A DNA stretch of 64,000 nt from Squalus acanthias (taxonomy: Eukaryota), in NCBI GenBank assembly GCA_030390025.1, contig CM059432.1, forward strand, positions 49,230,001 through 49,294,000, read 5' to 3'. Each line of letters begins with the position of its first letter. Position 1 is the first letter of the stretch. The notes under the pieces are model-generated. The model saw nothing but the letters and a program-made list of their open reading frames with translations. It did not search any database and was not told the origin of the DNA. A program made the translations under genes and the position numbers. Shown piece by piece: positions 61,787 through 64,000 of this stretch.

Positions 61787-64000
61787 AAGCGGAGAACTAA
61801 AGTGACAGGCGACCGGAAGCTCGGGGTCACCCTTACGGACTGAACGGAGGTTTTCCGCAAAGCAGTCACCCAATCTGCGTTTGGTCTCCCCAATGTAGAG
61901 GAGACCGCATCGTGAGCAGCGAATACAGTATACTAAATTGCAAGAAGTACAAGTAAATCGCTGTTTCACCTGGAAGGGGTGTTTGGGGCCCTGGACAGTG
62001 GGAAGGGAGGAGGTAAAAGGGCAGGTGTTGCATCTCCTGCGCTTGCACGGGAAGGGTCCGGGTGAAGCGGAAGGGCTGTTGGGGGCGATTGAGGAGTGGA
62101 CCAGGATGTCGCGGAGGGAGCGTTCCCTTCGGAATGCTGAAAGAGGAGATGAGGGGAAGATGCGTTTGGTGGTGGGATCACGTTGGAGGTGGCAGAAATG
62201 GCGGAGGATGATCCGTTGAATGTGGAGGCTGGTGGAGTGAAAGGTGAGGACAAGGGGAACCCTATCGTGGTTCTGGGAGGAAGGGGAAGGGGTGAGAGCA
62301 GAAGTGCGGGAAATGTAACGAACACGGTCAAGGGCCGTGTCAACCGCAGTAGAGGGGAATCCTCAGTTGAGGAAAAAGGAAGACATATCGGAAGCACTGG
62401 TATGGAAGGTGGCATCGTCAGAACAGATGCAGCAGAGACGGAGAAACTGGGAGAATGGAATAGAGTCCTTACAGGAAGCCGGGTTGGAGGAAGTGTAGTC
62501 CAGGTAGCTGTGGGAGTCAGTGGGCTTGTAGTGGATGTTTGTTGCTAGCCTATCACCAGAAATGGAGACAGAGAAGTCAAGGAAGGGAAGGGAAGAGTCG
62601 GAGATGGACCATGTGAAGGTGAGAGTGGAAATTGGAAGTAAAGTGAATGAACTTTTCTAGTTCAGGGCGAGAGCAGGAAACGGCACCGATACAGTCATCG
62701 ATGTACCGGAAAAAGAGGTGAGGGAGGGGACCTGAGTAGGACTGGAACAAAGAATGTTCCACATATCCCATGAAAAGGCAGGCATAGCTAGGGGCCCATG
62801 CGGGTTCCCATAGCAACACCTTTAATTTGGAGGAAGTGAGTGGGGTCAAAGGAGAAGTTGTTCAATGTAAGAACAAGTTCAGCCAGGCGGAGGAAGGTGG
62901 TGGTGGGTGGGGACTGGTTGGGCCTCTGTTCAAGGAAGAAGCGGAGCGCCCTCAGGCCGTCCTGGTGGGGGATGGAGGTGTAGAGGGTTTGGATGTCCAT
63001 ATTGAAAAGGAGATGGTTGGGGCCAGGAAACTGGAAACTGTTAAAAGTGGCGGAGGGCGTCGGAAGAGTCGCGAATGTAGGTGGGAAGAGACTGGACAAG
63101 GGGAGAAAAAATAGAGTCAAGATAGGAAGAGATAAGTTCCGTGGGGCAAGAACAGGCTGAAACGATGGGTCGACCAGGGCAGTCCTGTTTGTGGATCTTG
63201 GTAAGGAGGTAGAAGCGGGCTGTGCGGGGTTGGGGGACTATGAGGTTGGTGGCCATGGAGGGAAGATCTCCAGAGATGAGGTCAGTGAGTCTTGGAAACA
63301 ATGGCTTGATGTTTGGTAGTGGTGTCATGTCCAGGGGGAGATAGGAGGAGATGTCAGAGAGTTGGCGTTCAGCTTCCGCACGGTAGAGGTCGGTTCGCCA
63401 AACAACAACAGCACCACCCTTGTCAGCAGGTTTAATGATAATGTTAGGGTTGGATCTGAGAGAACAGAGTGCTGCAAGTTCAGAGGGAGGTATGATGGAG
63501 TGAGTGAGGGGAGCAGAGAAATTGAGATGGTCGATGTCACGCCGGCAGTTAGCAATGAAAAGATCTAGAGAGGGTAAGAGGCCAGAGGGAGGGGTCCAGG
63601 TAGAACAAGAATTCTGAAAGCGGGAGAAAGGGTCAGCCATGCGGGGGGAAGACTTCTGGCCAAAGAAGTGGGCACGGAGAAGAAGGCGACGGAAAAAGAG
63701 CTCAGCATCGTGCCGAGCTCAAAATTCATTGAGATGGAGGCGTAAGTGGATGAAGCTCAGGCCTTTGCTGAGGACTGATCATTCGGGGTCAGAGAGGGGA
63801 AGGTCAGAGGGGATAGTGAAAACACGGCAGGATGTGAGATTGGAAGAAGGGATGGGGTCAGAGGAAATTGAAGGTGAAGGTGGTTCCGGAGGGGCGTTGG
63901 TGTCCAAGAGTTGATGAAGCTTGCGATCCTTGACATCAGAAAGGAAGAAAAATAGTTTTTTGTTGAAGTGCCGGATGAGTCGAAGGATGAAATGGAACTG

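Larger units (their letters stand above)
59640..64000 (-). mobile_element. Penelope-like element (Neptune-type), decayed, runs off the window
   Basis: IKPADKGGAVVV, RPIVS, GVAMGTRMGP, RYIDD (RT); CKRRRCNTC linker; NLVYCIRCSRCGLLYIGETKRRL (GIY-YIG). pLTR at 59640-59776. Confidence 0.95.

Overview
A repeat-dominated, apparently gene-free (intergenic or deep-intronic) vertebrate window, most likely from a shark. The repeat families point to that origin: CR1 LINEs with a V-SINE partner, Deu-domain SINEs, L2, and Neptune-type Penelope elements. I found no intact host gene, rRNA, tRNA gene or CRISPR array; most long ORFs are transposon fragments or antisense artefacts. Main content: (1) a dense PIF/Harbinger cluster, with four to five decayed two-gene elements (intron-containing Myb/SANT gene converging on a HARBI1-type DDE transposase), two copies of a ~1-kb internally deleted derivative, and about ten MITEs; (2) a decayed Penelope-like element (RT plus GIY-YIG) at the right end, four short solo terminal-repeat insertions of the same family, and a 216-bp palindrome from a second family, most carrying a minimal hammerhead-ribozyme core; (3) many truncated CR1, L2 and CR1-group LINEs, SINEs, two TA-flanked Tc1/mariner-type MITEs and a Gypsy integrase remnant, often nested. 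The best candidates for under-described biology are the short TSD-flanked hammerhead insertions with a shared 5' boundary, the two-strand hammerhead palindrome, and the Harbinger derivative that retains the starts of both genes. Family names come from recalled motifs, not database searches. Boundaries of old repeats are approximate.
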